From: Octopus vulgaris | Taxonomy: Eukaryota | Direction: 5' to 3' | NCBI GenBank assembly: GCA_951406725.2 | Contig: OX597835.1 | Span: forward strand, 43,338,001 to 43,402,000 | Length of the DNA: 64,000 nt | Shown here: positions 10,790-25,552 of the stretch, piece after piece | How the letters are laid out: every line of letters begins with the position of its first letter | How positions within the stretch are numbered: the stretch's first letter is position 1 | The notes under the pieces: generated by a model | Told to the model about the DNA's origin: nothing | The model's input: the letters and a program-made list of their open reading frames with translations, nothing else | The model's database searches: none | Program-made: the position numbers and the translations under genes

Positions 10790-11269
10790 CGAATTTAGTG
10801 GATGACTTCTGGAAGCAGCTGAACAACCAATAGCGAGATGGCGGTGGTGGCAATGAAGGTGTCGGCGGTGGCGACGATGCTGACAATGGTGATGATGATG
10901 ATGATGCTACTGATCTAACTATTACATATCGGTTGAAAGAACAACAACAACAACAACAACAAAATTCTTTATTTTTTCTTCTTTTTTTCTCTTTTCCTTC
11001 CTTCGAGCAGAAAGCGAACGGCGTTTACTCTTGTAATAAAGTTTAAAAATAGCAATTCTTTAAGCTTGCTTCATTTACCCCGTGTTATTAGGTCATCTCC
11101 GTATTTCAGTCTCGTCGGGGATTTACTGAAGGTAGCAAGTACCAGTCATACAATGAGGTCGAATACACGTACGGAATCAAGTTTCTTTTTTTTTATTGAA
11201 TGGTTTGTTTGTTTGTTTTTTTTGTTTTTTCATGAACGACCTTGAAACTTGTTTCTTTACAAGATACAG

Positions 11270-12250
11270 TTACTGTCTTCTTACGAAGCAATCTAACTGT
11301 CTACTTACATAACTGTCCCCTAATATAAAAATGTTATTGCTATTCCTTTATATATCAATTTCACTGTCTCCCTTTACACCGTATCTGTCTTCTTACGTGA
11401 CACTATCACTGTCCCTTTACATAAAAATAGTCCCTGTTGTTTACATGTACTTGTATCCTTCATCACATTGTTCCTGTCCCCTTCAGAACACCATTCCTGT
11501 CTCTTTCATAATATCGTTTCTGTCCCCTTTCTATCATTGCATAACACCATTTCTGTATCCTTACGCAACTATGTTACTGTCCCGTTACATAAATCCATCC
11601 CTGCCCCCTTGCATAACAACATAACTGTCCCTTTCATAACACTGCAAATGTTCCCTTTATTGCATAGTTACTGTCCCTTTAAATAGCATTTTGCTGTCCC
11701 CTTACATAACATTATCACATAATATTGTTACTTTTTCCTTGCATTCTACAGCTCCTGTCGCCTTACGTCATACCATTACTGTCCCCTTATATAAAACCAT
11801 CCCAGTTCCCTTCATAAGAATGTATCTGTCCCCTTCATAACATTCCACTTCACATCAAGGTCATTGTCCCCTTATATAACACTACCACTGTCCCCGTGCA
11901 TAATAAAACATCACTGTCCCCTTCATAATATTGTCACTAACATAACAAAATTGTAACTGTCCCCTTGCACTGTCCCCGTTTCTGTCTCCTCATATAACAT
12001 TGCTTCTATCCCCATTGTTGCTGTTCCCTTCATAACGTTACTATTGTCTCCTTCCACAACAATATAACTGTCCCCTTTATTATATTACTTCCTGTCTCCT
12101 TTATAACATTCGTTACTGTCCCCTTCATAACATTATCACTGTCTCCCTATATAAGGAAACTGTTAACGTCGCCTTACATAACGCACCTGCTGCTGTCCCT
12201 TTCCCTGTTTCTATCACCGTCCCCTTTCCTTGCTGTCCACCACTGTCTCC
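11270..12250. repeat. Degenerate minisatellite, core ACTGTCCCCTT(A)CATAAC, ~22-25 bp period
   Basis: Dozens of CTGTCCCC/CTGTCTCC cores at regular spacing. Confidence 0.85.
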
Positions 12251-12354
12251 TCAAATGCAATCAAGATGTGATCCGGCAAAGGTTACGTCAAGGGGACAGT
12301 GTACGGCATGGGTTTACATGGTGGTGGGTGGAGGAATAGTTGTTTCAGCGGGGG

Positions 12355-12411
12355 AGGGGGAAGAGAGGAGGAAGAAAAGGAGGGAAAAGAGGCAGAAGAA
12401 GAGAAGTGGAA

Positions 12412-12456
<45 letters not shown>

Positions 12457-12519
12457 CAGCAGCAGCAGCAGCAGTAGCAGTAGTAGTAGCAGCAGTAGGA
12501 TGAGGAGGAGGAGGAGGAT

Positions 12520-12552
<33 letters not shown>

Positions 12553-12965
12553 CAGCAGCAGCAGCAGCAGTGAGTATAAGTAACTTAAATCCAGGTCAGT
12601 TGCACTGGAGCTGGTCTACACTCAAAAGCTTTCCAGTCGTGACCATTCCGCCATTTCTAAGGCTACCAAGGACTAATCTCATTCTTCCTTCGAACGTTGG
12701 GATGTTATTGGGGAGGGGTGGGAGGAGATTTGACAGCAAAAAACCATCGACGGCGACGAGTAGTGGTAGTAGTAGTTGTTGTTGGTATTGCTGCTGCTGC
12801 TGCTGTTGTTGTTGTTAGTGGTGGTGGTCTTAACACTGGTTTCTGTTGGACTCTGCAGTTGTAGCGGCAGCAGCAGCAGCAGCAGCAGTAATAGTAGTAG
12901 TAATAGTTGTTGTTGCTGCTGCTGCTGACGATGATGATGATGATGTTGTTGTTGTTGTTGTTGTA
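12355..12965. repeat. Compound trinucleotide microsatellites (AGG, AGT, AGC, TGC, TGT, TGA)
   Basis: Direct reading. Confidence 0.9.
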
Positions 12966-13094
12966 AGATTCAATAAGTGTAGAGTACAAGTGAAGCATGG
13001 CCGACCCAGTAATGGAAGCGTTCACACGAACATCCTGTTGTGACGAGGAAGAAAGTGGAGACTTTAAAACAACAAAAGCCAACAAATTACACCA

Positions 13095-14310
<1,216 letters not shown>

Positions 14311-15026
14311 TTTATCTAACGACACCATCTTTCTCTAATGTGTCTGTTTAATTTAGAAAAGTGAAGCGTGAATTGAAGGAAATTTGACTGCTACTTCTAC
14401 CAGCTCGAGTTACCAGATAAAGACTCTCTCGTTGGTTGATGACAGACCCTTCTACCGCTGTTACTGTTTCACCAGTTCAGAACCATTCCAACCAGTGTCA
14501 TTGCGTAGTTACCTCAGGAAAGCTACACGGGTTCAGGAATCTAATGCTAATATATCTTTTACCGTTCATGTTTTATTTGCTTCAATCATTCGATTGCGGT
14601 CATGCTGGAGCACTCCCTTCAAGGGTTTAGGCACACAAAAAAATTATTTTTTTTTATAAAGTCTAGTGCCTATTCTATCGTTCTCTTGCGCTGAAACGCT
14701 AAGTTACTGGGACGTAAACAAACCAACACCGTTTGTCAAGCAGTGAGCGTGGAACAAACACAAAGATACACACACATAGGTATAAGTGTGTATTTTTGAG
14801 TTTGTCCTTACCACCGCTTGACAGCTGGTGTCGTTGTGTTTACGACCCCGTAAACTAGCTGTTCGGCAAAAGTGAACCGATAGAAGATGTACCTGGCTTA
14901 AATAAATAGAAGTGGTATCGATTCATCTGGCAAAATCTCATCAAGGTAATGCTCCAGAATGGCCGCAGTCTAATGACTCAAATAAATAAAAGATAAATGA
15001 TAAAGATATAAATAAATATATAAATA

Positions 15027-15205
15027 GGCGCAGGAGTGGCTGTGTGGTAAGTACCTTGTTTACCAACCACATGGTTCCGGGTTCATTCCCATTGCGTGGC
15101 ACCTTGGGCAAGTGTCTTCTACTATAGCCTTGGGCCGGCCAAAGCCTTGTGAGTGGATTTGGTAGACGGAAACTGAAAAAAGCCCGTCGTATATATGTAT
15201 ATGAG

Positions 15206-15265
<60 letters not shown>

Positions 15266-15460
15266 CGCGTGTATGTTTGTGTGTCTTTGTCCCCCAACAT
15301 CGCTTGACAACCGATGGTGATGTGTTTACGTCCCCGCAAAAGAGACCGATAGAATAAGTACTAGGCTTCCAAAGAATAAGTCCTGGGGTCGATTTGCTCG
15401 ACTAAAAGGCGGTGCTCCAGCATGGCTGCAGTCAAATGACTAAAACAAGTAAAATAGTAA
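15027..15460 (+). mobile_element. SINE family A, full length
   Basis: GGCGCAGGAGTGGCTGTGTGG head through the CAAGTAAAA tail. Confidence 0.85.
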
Positions 15461-15779
15461 AATGAATATATATATATAAATATAGGGATGGTATTATTAA
15501 AATACCATCACAAGTGGTAAGCGAATTATTAACCGTACAGGCAAATTAATAAAATATATACATACAATATTAGATATGTACATATATATATACAAGGGTA
15601 GTACATGAGTACCTATATCGCTAATTATAGAAGTCAAAAAATACTTCTGTACCACCGAAAAGTCACAAATCTATTACAGACAAGATAGGAAAAAATATCA
15701 GTGAGCAATAATAATGTCTTACAAGTAAATGCCGTAAGCCACGCGCCTCCACTAATGTGTTATCCTGGTGTATTCTAAA

Positions 15780-16712
15780 AGTTGAAAGAAATGTCTTTGA
15801 CCTCAGGCCTATGAAGAGTGACTTGAGACTAAGCAGACACGACAGTACGATTAGCAAGAACAATATGACCACCACAATGCCAACAATACCTGCCCATCGT
15901 TACAAACATCTAAACCAATGGTACCCACATCATCACCATTATCAACCCACTAACTCGATGGTAATTCATAACAGAGCCTAAAGTTTATATGAAATTTGCT
16001 GAAAAAGGGTGAAACTTCTAATGAAAATCCTTTTGGTTAGTTAAGGCTGGTTTGAAAAGTTTCAAAAAAGTACGAATTTACACAATATAAAAATGACAGG
16101 TGAAACTGCGAGCGCTGATCCAGAGGCTGTTACTAATTATCCCGAGCAGTTGAAGAAAATGATTGCTGAAGGAAGCTACACACCAGAAAAAGTCTTCAAA
16201 TGTTGATGAAACTGCACTTTCCTGGAAGCGCCTGACTGCTAGAACTTTATTTCTCGAGGAGAAAAATGAACACCACGATTTAAAGCTTCCAAAAATTGTC
16301 TGACATCTGCTGATGATATGAAATTAAAGCCCCTTACACATGTATCGCACTGAAAATATAAGGGCTTTCAAGTGTTATACCAAGTTTAATCTACCTCTGA
16401 TTTGGCGTTCAAATAAGGCATGGATGACTAAGAGCCTTTTCAAAGAGTGGTTTACAAACATGTTGTTTTCTTTTTGGGTCCTGCCATGCAGTACCAGACA
16501 ATATTTCTAACAAAGCATTGCTTCTTTTAGACAATGCATTAAACAAACTGGCAAACACAGATGACCTTTCTGATAATAAGGGAGTAGGATATATCCCCAC
16601 GAATACAACTTCTTTGCTCCTGCCAATAGATCAAAGTGTGGTACTTAATTTCAAGGCATATTATATGAGAAGAACTTTCAAACAACTTATGAAAGCGATT
16701 GTTATTTATGAC
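15780..16712 (+). pseudogene. Decayed pogo/Tigger transposase
   Basis: GWFEKF...LHNIKMTGETASAD, IAEGSYTPEKVF/NVDETAL, LLLLDNA and PTNTTSLLLPIDQSVVLNFKAYYMRRTF, with stops and frameshifts. Confidence 0.88.
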
Positions 16713-18603
16713 AACCCTAACCCTAAAACCTTAAGACCAGTACAAACGCACCAACGATGTCGTAAACAACTGTGACAAACGAAAAATACACCGCCGGAAG
16801 TTCTTGTTGACAAACAACGGTAGTAATTTTATTCAGCTGAATACACGTTATTGATTGGTTGAAGTTATCGAAATACGAGAACTTTATGGTGAAATAACTT
16901 CGTAAATATAAGTTTTTCTTCAAAAATGCTAAGAGTAAAAGATGTTTTATATGACACATTCTACCAGTGTCCGAAATTTGAAAGTGTTTAGTTACAAAAA
17001 ATTATTTTCTAAATCTGTCGGTCAAAAGGTAAAGATCCACAGACTTTCCAAGTTTAACGCAAAATTTCACGTTGGCTCTATTCCTGTCCATGACAAAAAT
17101 CGAAGACTACACGTGATCACAAAAACACAAATTTCACAACTTGCGAAGTAAACACAACGATGTCACTCGGCACACCGCCTCGTGGAGGTCACCGCATGCT
17201 CTCACTTTGCACGCAACCGTGCGCTGACATCTGTTGGCGCGCTACAGCGCTAGTCCGGGAACTTTTCGATACCACCTCGTACATCCTTTTTTGTGGGGTT
17301 TCTACCCCGCAAACAACTTAATCCGGTCTGTTACGTTTGCACTGGGCAGAAGTTCTGACCTATGCATTCAATGTGTGTGCGCGCGCGCATGCGTACTTTG
17401 CTTTATCAACTCTGAAAGACAGACGAAATTGCAGTGGTTTGAACAAAGAACGTGAAGGGGCCCAGAACTGAAATAGTTCATAATAAAGTGTTGGGATTAA
17501 TGGCGACTGATTTATTTCACTCCAATGTAAACACAGCGTGAGGAGAGAGAGAAAGAGTGATACATGTGCGTCGTCAAAGTAGGTCAGTGTGTGTGTGTGT
17601 TTACTGATCTGTTTGTCTGACTACATGATGGGTCATTGCTTTGTATTTGTAACGACACCACTTAAACACTAAGACGGAACAGAGCCCCCACTTTACACCC
17701 CTCTCTATCTATCTGTCTCCCTATCCGTCTGGCTATCTACGTCACATAGACGTTTCTTTCGTGACTCGTTTCAGTCGATTGACATCTCGCGTTCGCAACG
17801 ACTTTGCTTACTTCATATTTCCCCAAAAATCAACGCAGTCAGTGATGGCTGCGTGGTTAGGAAATTCATTTGGCAACTGCTAGGCAATTTCCGGTTCAAA
17901 CGGCACTTTTTTAACATAATTTCTAGGTAACTAAACACATTTAAACTTCGTATACTGGTAGAATGTGTTTATAAAACATCTTTTTCTCTTGGCTTTATTG
18001 AGAAAATTCTATAGTTTCTGAGATATTTGTTGTTTTTTCTTCAATTTCAACCAATCAATGACGTATATTGAGGTGAAAACATTCTGGGCCGTATGAATAT
18101 GTCCCTCGTTTAAGAAACAGATTGGGTTTATTTACATTTGAAGAAAAAAATATACCCTTCCCCCCACCCCTAACCCTAAAACAGATTGAAATGCAATAGA
18201 TCGATACTAGGGTCATAATTATGGGTGACAATTTCATATGACACCGCTAGAAAAAACTGCCGTTCAAACCGAAAAGATCCTGGTTCAATTCCACTGCACG
18301 GTACTTTATGAAAGTGTCTGCTATCAGCATCCACCCGTGCCTCTTTCACTAAAGCCATCTCAGTGAAATATGATTGGCGGAAACCATGGAGGTGGAAGTA
18401 ATGTTGGAGAGTCGACCGTTTCTCTTTTCGGTGGTGGTCACATTATGTTTTTACCCTATTTATTGTCATAACCTGGCCCTCGGGGGGACGGATTTAAGTA
18501 GATTCACTTTGTTACAGGGATTTAGACAAGGTTTCAATCTGAGAATAACTTACATTTTTCCACCCAACCATCTTAGAAGTATAGAGAAGGCTTTTCCTCT
18601 TCT

Positions 18604-18643
<40 letters not shown>

Positions 18644-19408
18644 GGAAAGTTTACGAAAATAAACAAAAGACGAAGGCAGGTGGAGTACAAACAAACAAAT
18701 GTATTAGTATAACGCTCAGGAATAGAAAAAGTCTTTTACATTTCGAGCCTACGCTCTTCGACAGAAAAAAACAAGGAGAAAAAAATGCGTGTAGTAGCTA
18801 ACGATCTATCATATATATATAGGCGCAGGAGTGGCTGTGTGGTAAGTAGCTTGCTCCCCAACCACATGGTTCCGGGTTCAGTCCTACAGCGTGGCACCTT
18901 GGGCAAGTGTCTTCTGCTAAAGCCTCAGGTCGACCAAAACCTTGAGTGAGATTTGGTAGACAGAAACTAAAAGAAACCCGCCGTATATATATGTCACATC
19001 ACCACCACCGGACAACTGATGGTGTGTTTACGTCCCGCAACAATTCTAATTATCGAAACGATCGTAATCAACTGATAGAATGTACAACCGCATTTCCTTA
19101 TTTACGTTTACCTCTGCGATGAATGCACCATCGGCAGGTAACATTTCCCTGCAAATTTTATCATATTCTTCGTGTATCTGTTGTCAAATTCAGTAAGTAG
19201 CAAGTTAAAGATATCACCACCGGGCAGTGATATTCAAAACTTTCACATGAAGTTAAGACAATACATAAACACACACACACGACGGGCTTCAACCAGTTTC
19301 CGTTTACTAAATCCACTCAAGATTTTGGTCAGCCCGGAGCCATAAAAAAAAAAGAACCTGCAAAAGGTGCCACACATTGGAACTGAAACGGATAGGGAAA
19401 CAAACTTC

Positions 19409-19788
19409 GGATCTTTTCCCTTTGAAAGGCACTTTTCAACACAATTTCTAGTTAACTAAACACTTTTAAACTTCGTATACTGGTAGAATGTGTCAAAATA
19501 AAACATTTTTTTCTCTTGGCTTTCTTGAGAAAATTGTAATTTGTTTGTTTAACGTAGTTTAATTTTTCGAATTTTAACCAATCAATCGCCTCTAGTGAGC
19601 TAAAATCATTTGCTGCGTCTAAAACTGAGACGACATAACTATGTTAAACAAACGAATTACAATTTTCTCAAGAAAGCCAAGAGAAAAAAAATGTTTTATT
19701 TTGACACATTCTACCAGTATACGAAGTTTTAAAGTGTTTAGTTAACTAGAAATTGTGTTGAAAACTGCCGTTCAAAAGGAAAAGATCC
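19409..19788. mobile_element. Foldback MITE, Merlin-like (GG termini, 8-bp TSD)
   Basis: ~150-bp near-perfect inverted arms GGATCTTTTCC...GGAAAAGATCC; TSD CAAACTTC / CAAATTTC. Confidence 0.85.
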
Positions 19789-20534
19789 CAAATTTCTTAA
19801 AGCATACAGGGAAAGATAACGAAAAGAACAACATTTAATGAAAAAATGAAATTTTATTAATAAAAAATGAATTTAACAATAGGTTTTCAACACATTAATA
19901 ATCATGCTGTAGATGTAACTACTATATATATATCATATACATCTAGTCAACTTTATATTAAGGTAAATTACAGGGGGAAAAAAATACACCATCACTGCCG
20001 TGCAGTTGGTCAAAGTAACACACACACACACACACACACACACCACTCACTCCATGTTGAGTAAACTGGAACTGTGCAACAAGGATTGGCAAATATCCAG
20101 AAGTAAAAATCAAATGGAAGCAATTTCATTATGTGAAAGGTGGGAAGAGGGAAAGAATGGGGGGTGGGGAATAAATACGTTTTTTGATATGGCTAGGGTT
20201 TAATTTGAGTGGGAGAAGGGAGATAGAGCGATAGACAGACATAGATAGATAGACCGACAGATAGATAGATAGATATAGAAAGAGATAGAATCAGTGCAGC
20301 CAAAATAACGATTGGAAAAGTAGAGGGTGGAATCAAAATGACGACTAGAGAAAGACAATTCTTTAATTTGGTTTTGGCTGCTGACTGACCTGGATATGTT
20401 CATCTTGTTTTATGAGAGATAATACCATAAAAGGGGACAGGTTGAAGGCAGTAGACAAAAGGGGACAATAAAGTGTCTCTTGGAGGGATTCTGAAGACAG
20501 TTCCAATTTACATTGTGGTTTATTCAAATATTAA

Positions 20535-20567
<33 letters not shown>

Positions 20568-20684
20568 AAAATATTAAATTAGAGTCAGTGAATTAAATAC
20601 CAGAAAAATATATATATAGGAAAATCAGTTGAACTATTTTAAAGCAGACATTGTGTGTGTGCGTGTGTGTGTACGGCCAGTGTG

Positions 20685-20980
20685 TTTCTCATTCATAAAG
20701 CTAGCCGTCACTTGCAGGCAAGTATGACGTGGTGTCCCGTGGCTTGTGCAATGCCAGCCTCTCGGTCCAACCCAACAACACCCAGGAAGACACAGAGGAT
20801 GTCCCGAATGGGGTTGCGGAGAGAGAGAAGCTGCACCGGCAGTCGGCTGGGACTCGTTTTCTGCTGAGCAAATGGGAGCAACGGGAAGTGAAAAGCATTG
20901 CTCAAGGACAACAAACATGCTGCTCAGTCTGGGAGTCGAACCGACGACCTTACGATTGTGAGTTTGACCACTGGGACACA
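20685..20980 (-). mobile_element. Older tRNA-derived SINE
   Basis: The minus strand reads CCCAGTGGTC...GGTTCGACTCCC followed by GTTGTCCTTGAGCAA. Confidence 0.55.
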
Positions 20981-22232
20981 GGTCTTCTTAAGGAAGATCA
21001 CAACCCTTCTGGAAAGTAGTAATTTTTATCAAAAGGAACCAAGAGAAACGGAAACTATGAACACAGCAACAAATTGCTCTCCTTGCAGGTTCTTCTCTTT
21101 TAGTTGGTGGGGAAGACGTGAAAAGCCGTATTTATGTGGAGCGTTGTGTATTTTTAATAACTGTGGAGAAGGGAATCACAAAAGAAACACTGCTGGAAGA
21201 GAAACATCATGAAAATATTAGAATGTTAGAATATAGGCACAGGTTGTTGTTGTTTTTTAAACAAACAGGAGTTCTATAGAAAGTCTTTTTTTTTTTTTTA
21301 AATTTCAGTGATTTTAGAAAAACATTCAAGTAATATTTTTTAAAAACTGATATATAGCACCAATGTGTATTTAGAAGAAAAAAAATCATTTAATACTAAA
21401 GGTATTTTATAGTTTGTTTTTTTTTTGTTATATTTGCAAATCATCTACATGAAATTAACACAGGTGAAAGGATGAAATATAAAAATTTTGAATTCCATTA
21501 TATGTTTTATATAAATCTAATAATTGTCCTCTACCAACAAAGAGAGGTGGCCATTGTAACCATTCTGAAAAAGTAATTTCTAAGAAGTCTACACCGAGTT
21601 AGCAATTATTTTCCTCCGATAATGAAGAAAATCTTTGAGGTGGGGAAACAGGGTGTAGAGACTTATTCTTGGTACGAGGAACTTCAAGTTCCTACTTGGT
21701 ACCTAAACTGAGAAATTACTTGACAAATGGAGAAAAAAAAAAGGGCTACCAAAAAAATCTTTTATGACATTAAAAATATCGGGACACAAACGAAAAAACA
21801 AAAAACCCTGCAACATTTGCTTTAGACAATGGACAAATATGCATGGACATGCCCAAGAGTTCTCAAAAGGAGACTCATTTTGAGAACAGAAGTGAAAACC
21901 CTTTAGAGGCCATTAGGTCTCGGTACGTGAAGTGCAGCTCAATGTTGTTTAATTAGCATTTATTAATAGATAAATAATTTAATCTGTGATAATTAGCTCG
22001 GTGAGTGGCAGTTTAGTTAGCATCACGGCATGAGAAAGAGAGGAATTTTGCTCAAAACAATCTTGAATCTACACAAAAATGAACCAAAACCATTATTAGC
22101 CAATGTTTAGGTTCAAAATTAAGACTAGAAAGATAAAAACTCACAAAAGTCGCTGATGGAAATTTTAACAATAAGTGACTAGGGAGTGAGAGGGGGGGGT
22201 AGTTTTATATACTTCATCGCTACAAATGTATA

Positions 22233-23200
22233 TTAGGTCGTCAAATATGAAATTTGTAGTAAGGTAAACCTTGACAACTGCTTATTTTGCACTATTGCTT
22301 ATATTTTGACCATATTTTGTTTGGTTTGCAAAATTTCGTTCTGGTAGCTTTGACCTCACAGATGAGCAATGCGGCCAACAAAAAACAAAGGTGAATAACG
22401 ATGAACTGAAAGCCCAGTGTCGAGTCAGATCCATCTCAAAGTGCTCATGAATTGTTGTTTGGTGTTAGCAAACAATATTGGCTCACCAAGTTCAAATCAG
22501 TGAAGTGGAAAAGTTGGATAAGTGGGTTCTACATGAACTCAATGAAAATCAGAAACAACAACATTTGGAAGCCTGCATTATGCTACTTGGTCACAAAAAG
22601 GAATCGGTTTTCAACAGAATTGTAACGTGATGACAACTGGATCCAATACAGCAACAGTAACCATTCAGCACAATGGTTGGACAAAGACGAGCTGCCAAAA
22701 CACAGTCCAAAAAGCAAAATTCATCAAAAGAAGCTGATGGTGTGTATTTCATGGCCTGGCACAGATGTGATCTATTGATTTCATTAAATCTGGCTCATCA
22801 ATCATGACCGAAGCATATTACAGCCAATTGGACCAAATGATGCAGAAACTTACATCGCAAAAATGACATTGGCGAAACTACGGGAATTTGGAGTTGGAAG
22901 TTCTCCATCATCCACCATACTCGCCTGATCTTGTCCCCACTGACTATCACTTCCTCTGGAATTTGGATAACTTTTTGATAGGAAAAAACTAATTCTAACA
23001 ATGCTGTAAAACAGGCCTTTTAAGAATTTGATTCTAGATTGCCAAGTTCTACAGTTCCGGGCTGGACAAGCTACCGCTGTAATGGCAAAAGTGTTTTGAC
23101 AATATGGTTGCATACTTTGAGGATTAAAGCTATTCCTTATATTTATAAAATATTTGCAATCTTTTTTTCTTTTCTACAAATTTCATACTTGATGACCTAA
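22233..23200 (+). pseudogene. Decayed mariner (DD34D-type) element
   Basis: TA-flanked TIRs TTAGGTC.TCAA.TATGAAATTTGTAG; WVLHEL, SAQWLDKDE, IHQKKLMV and HPPYSPDLVPTDYH motifs. Confidence 0.9.
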
Positions 23201-25029
23201 TATTTATATAAGGTGGGCTTTCCCGTAGTACAGGACAAATGAAGGCTCTGATTCCTTGAACAGCCTGCACAAATGATTTATTTATAGTGATCATGTGCCC
23301 CCAGGATACCACAGTTCAAGATTGAACCCAAGGCCAGGAGGTTGCAAAGCAGGACTTCTTAATCATTCAGCCACACTAAATAATGAAAATGTATGATACG
23401 ATCTGGTTTGTTGGTTTAACACCAAGGAAGGCCAAGAGATTTCAGCAACCATGTTGATTACCGAATATGGTCCTTTTCCATACCGATAAACTATTAGGTG
23501 AAATTTGTTGATTTTATTAAATTAATTATTTTTCACCCTTTATCTGTAATGCATATATACATACATATATATATATTATGATTTTATTGGATAAACATTA
23601 GGACAGCTAAAAATTTATTTATTACATTAAAGTGTGTGAAAATGTAGAATGAGAAAGGTGAGAATTAGGTGGGTGAATGTTTTAGCCCCCTCCCCCCGCC
23701 CACATTTTTGAGAAACCATATGAAACATGTCAATGCATATGAATACAAGTCTGATATCACAGTTAATAGTTAAAAACCTTCCCCCACTCCCTCAGCAGAC
23801 AGAGATTCGGAGAATCCTCAGAGAATAGGGTTTCGGTAGGGTTTGGAAATATTAAAATGGTGTAGGTCAGTACCACTTGAACAGCAGAGGATATCAATGG
23901 AGTAAAAAAAAAAAAAAATTCAGATCAGACCAGAAAGTTTGTATAATAATGGAATGGTAGGGCTTCCCTTTTTGAAGGCCCAATTCCAAAAAAAAAAAAA
24001 AAAAAAAAATCTTACAGTAGGAATAATTCAAAAACAAAAAAAAAATTTTTTCTTTGGAATCAGTGGAATGTTTTCAAAGATGAAGAACTCCGAAGAACTC
24101 CTTACAGATTTAAAAAAAAAAAAAAAAGTGGAACAAAATCGCTCGGAGTTTGTGTTTTTCTTTTTTAACCATTTTTCAGTGCCAAGAAATACAAATATTG
24201 TACATGGAGTAGCTGCACCAACAAACAAACTCCTACGGCTCAGCTACTCAGAGTATCATTCTCAGACTTGCAGACTTATTCTACACCATTCAAGATTTCC
24301 ACCTCTACTCACTGACCCCAGAGGGGGAACTTGCAAAACCCATTTAAAACACACACACACACACACACACACATAATCACTATTATAAAACACAATGTTT
24401 GTGAAGAACATATAACAAATATTTAAGAGTTTGTTTTATTTTGATATATAAAAAAAAAAAAAGGAAAGCCAAGAGTGTGGTTCTTGGAGTGTCTTTAAGT
24501 AAAAGATACTGGTCTGAGTAGGAGGCACTGATTTTCAAGTGAGTGTACATTTGTGTGAAGCTGTGTGGATTTAAGTCTAAAATGTTAACCTTTTCTCTCG
24601 CACCACTTCACACTTCACAAATTGTCCAATGAAAGCCAGACATAATAATAATTCTAATAATGGTAAGTTCTCTCTGCAATTCAAGAATGGAAGACAAAAG
24701 AATATTTAGCTGCAATATGCTTGTTTGGTGAAATATATTGACAGCGTGGAAATATTGGTAGAGAAAAAAAAAGTTATTTTCTTTTTAGTCTTTTTCATTT
24801 GTTTTGGGGGTTTTTTTTCTTTCATTTTGCAGAGACTGTATATTGAACTTGAAACCATCACAATCATCATTGCTGACATGACACACCGCCTTGACACTGG
24901 GCAAGTATATTTGTATTCATACAGAAGGGGAACACAGGGGGAAGGAAAAGAATGGTTTATGCCAAGAGATTCTTAGCAACATTTGTTGGAGTTTTTTGTT
25001 AGGATTTTTGTGGGGGGGTGGCGGTGGTG

Positions 25030-25196
25030 TTAATTTGTTGGTGTGGAACTGTCTGATGTGCTGTTTGCTGGACTGATAGATCTGCGGTTACGCACCGAAC
25101 CAGAGGAATTCTTTAAATGCCGGCTCACATGTTTGCTGAGGTGGTCGCTCCTCATGAAGCGTTTTGGACATACGGAGCAGGTGAATTTCTTTTCAC
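25030..25196 (-). CDS. KLF: Kruppel-like factor coding exon 3 (zinc finger 3 and C-terminal tail)
   Basis: Poly-T tract then TTAG|GT; encodes (G)[54 protein letters not shown]. Absent from the ORF track. The three exons join in frame: 637+90+167 = 894 nt. Confidence 0.93.
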
Positions 25197-25323
25197 CTAA
25201 AAAAAGAAAAAAAATTAAACATTAACAGAAATTTAGAAAAAAAATTTTATTTGTGTTTGCAAGACACGGAAATTAAGAACAAAACCTAAAATATTTGCAA
25301 GTCAAAAGGCTAATACAGAAATA

Positions 25324-25552
25324 TATTTCTTTACTACCCACAAGGGGCTAAACACAGGGGGGGACGAACAAGGACAGACAAACGGATTAAGTCGATTACA
25401 TAGACCCCAGTGCGTAACTGGTACTTAATTTATCGACCCCGAAAGGATGAAAGGCAAAGTCAACCTCGGCGGAATTTGAACCCAGAACGTAACGGCAGAC
25501 GAAATACGGCTAAGCATTTCACCCGGAGTGCTAACGTTTCTGCCAGTTCGCC
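25324..25552 (-). mobile_element. SINE family B with 15-bp TSD, ~130 bp from the KLF exon 3 acceptor
   Basis: GCTAATACAGAAATA at 25309-25323 and 25553-25567. Confidence 0.88.

Noticed and set aside
10200-10900. Isolated GTAAGT donor (10208), CCAAT and YY1-like GATGGCGG (10827-10843)
   Set aside because: No coherent exon or ORF could be attached; the motifs are too short alone.
11270-12250. Regularly spaced short repeats suggesting a CRISPR-like array
   Set aside because: Degenerate ~23-bp minisatellite with no constant repeat or unique spacers, eukaryotic context, no cas genes. The same applies to 4080-4920, 27000-27440, 32140-32710 and 58920-59200.
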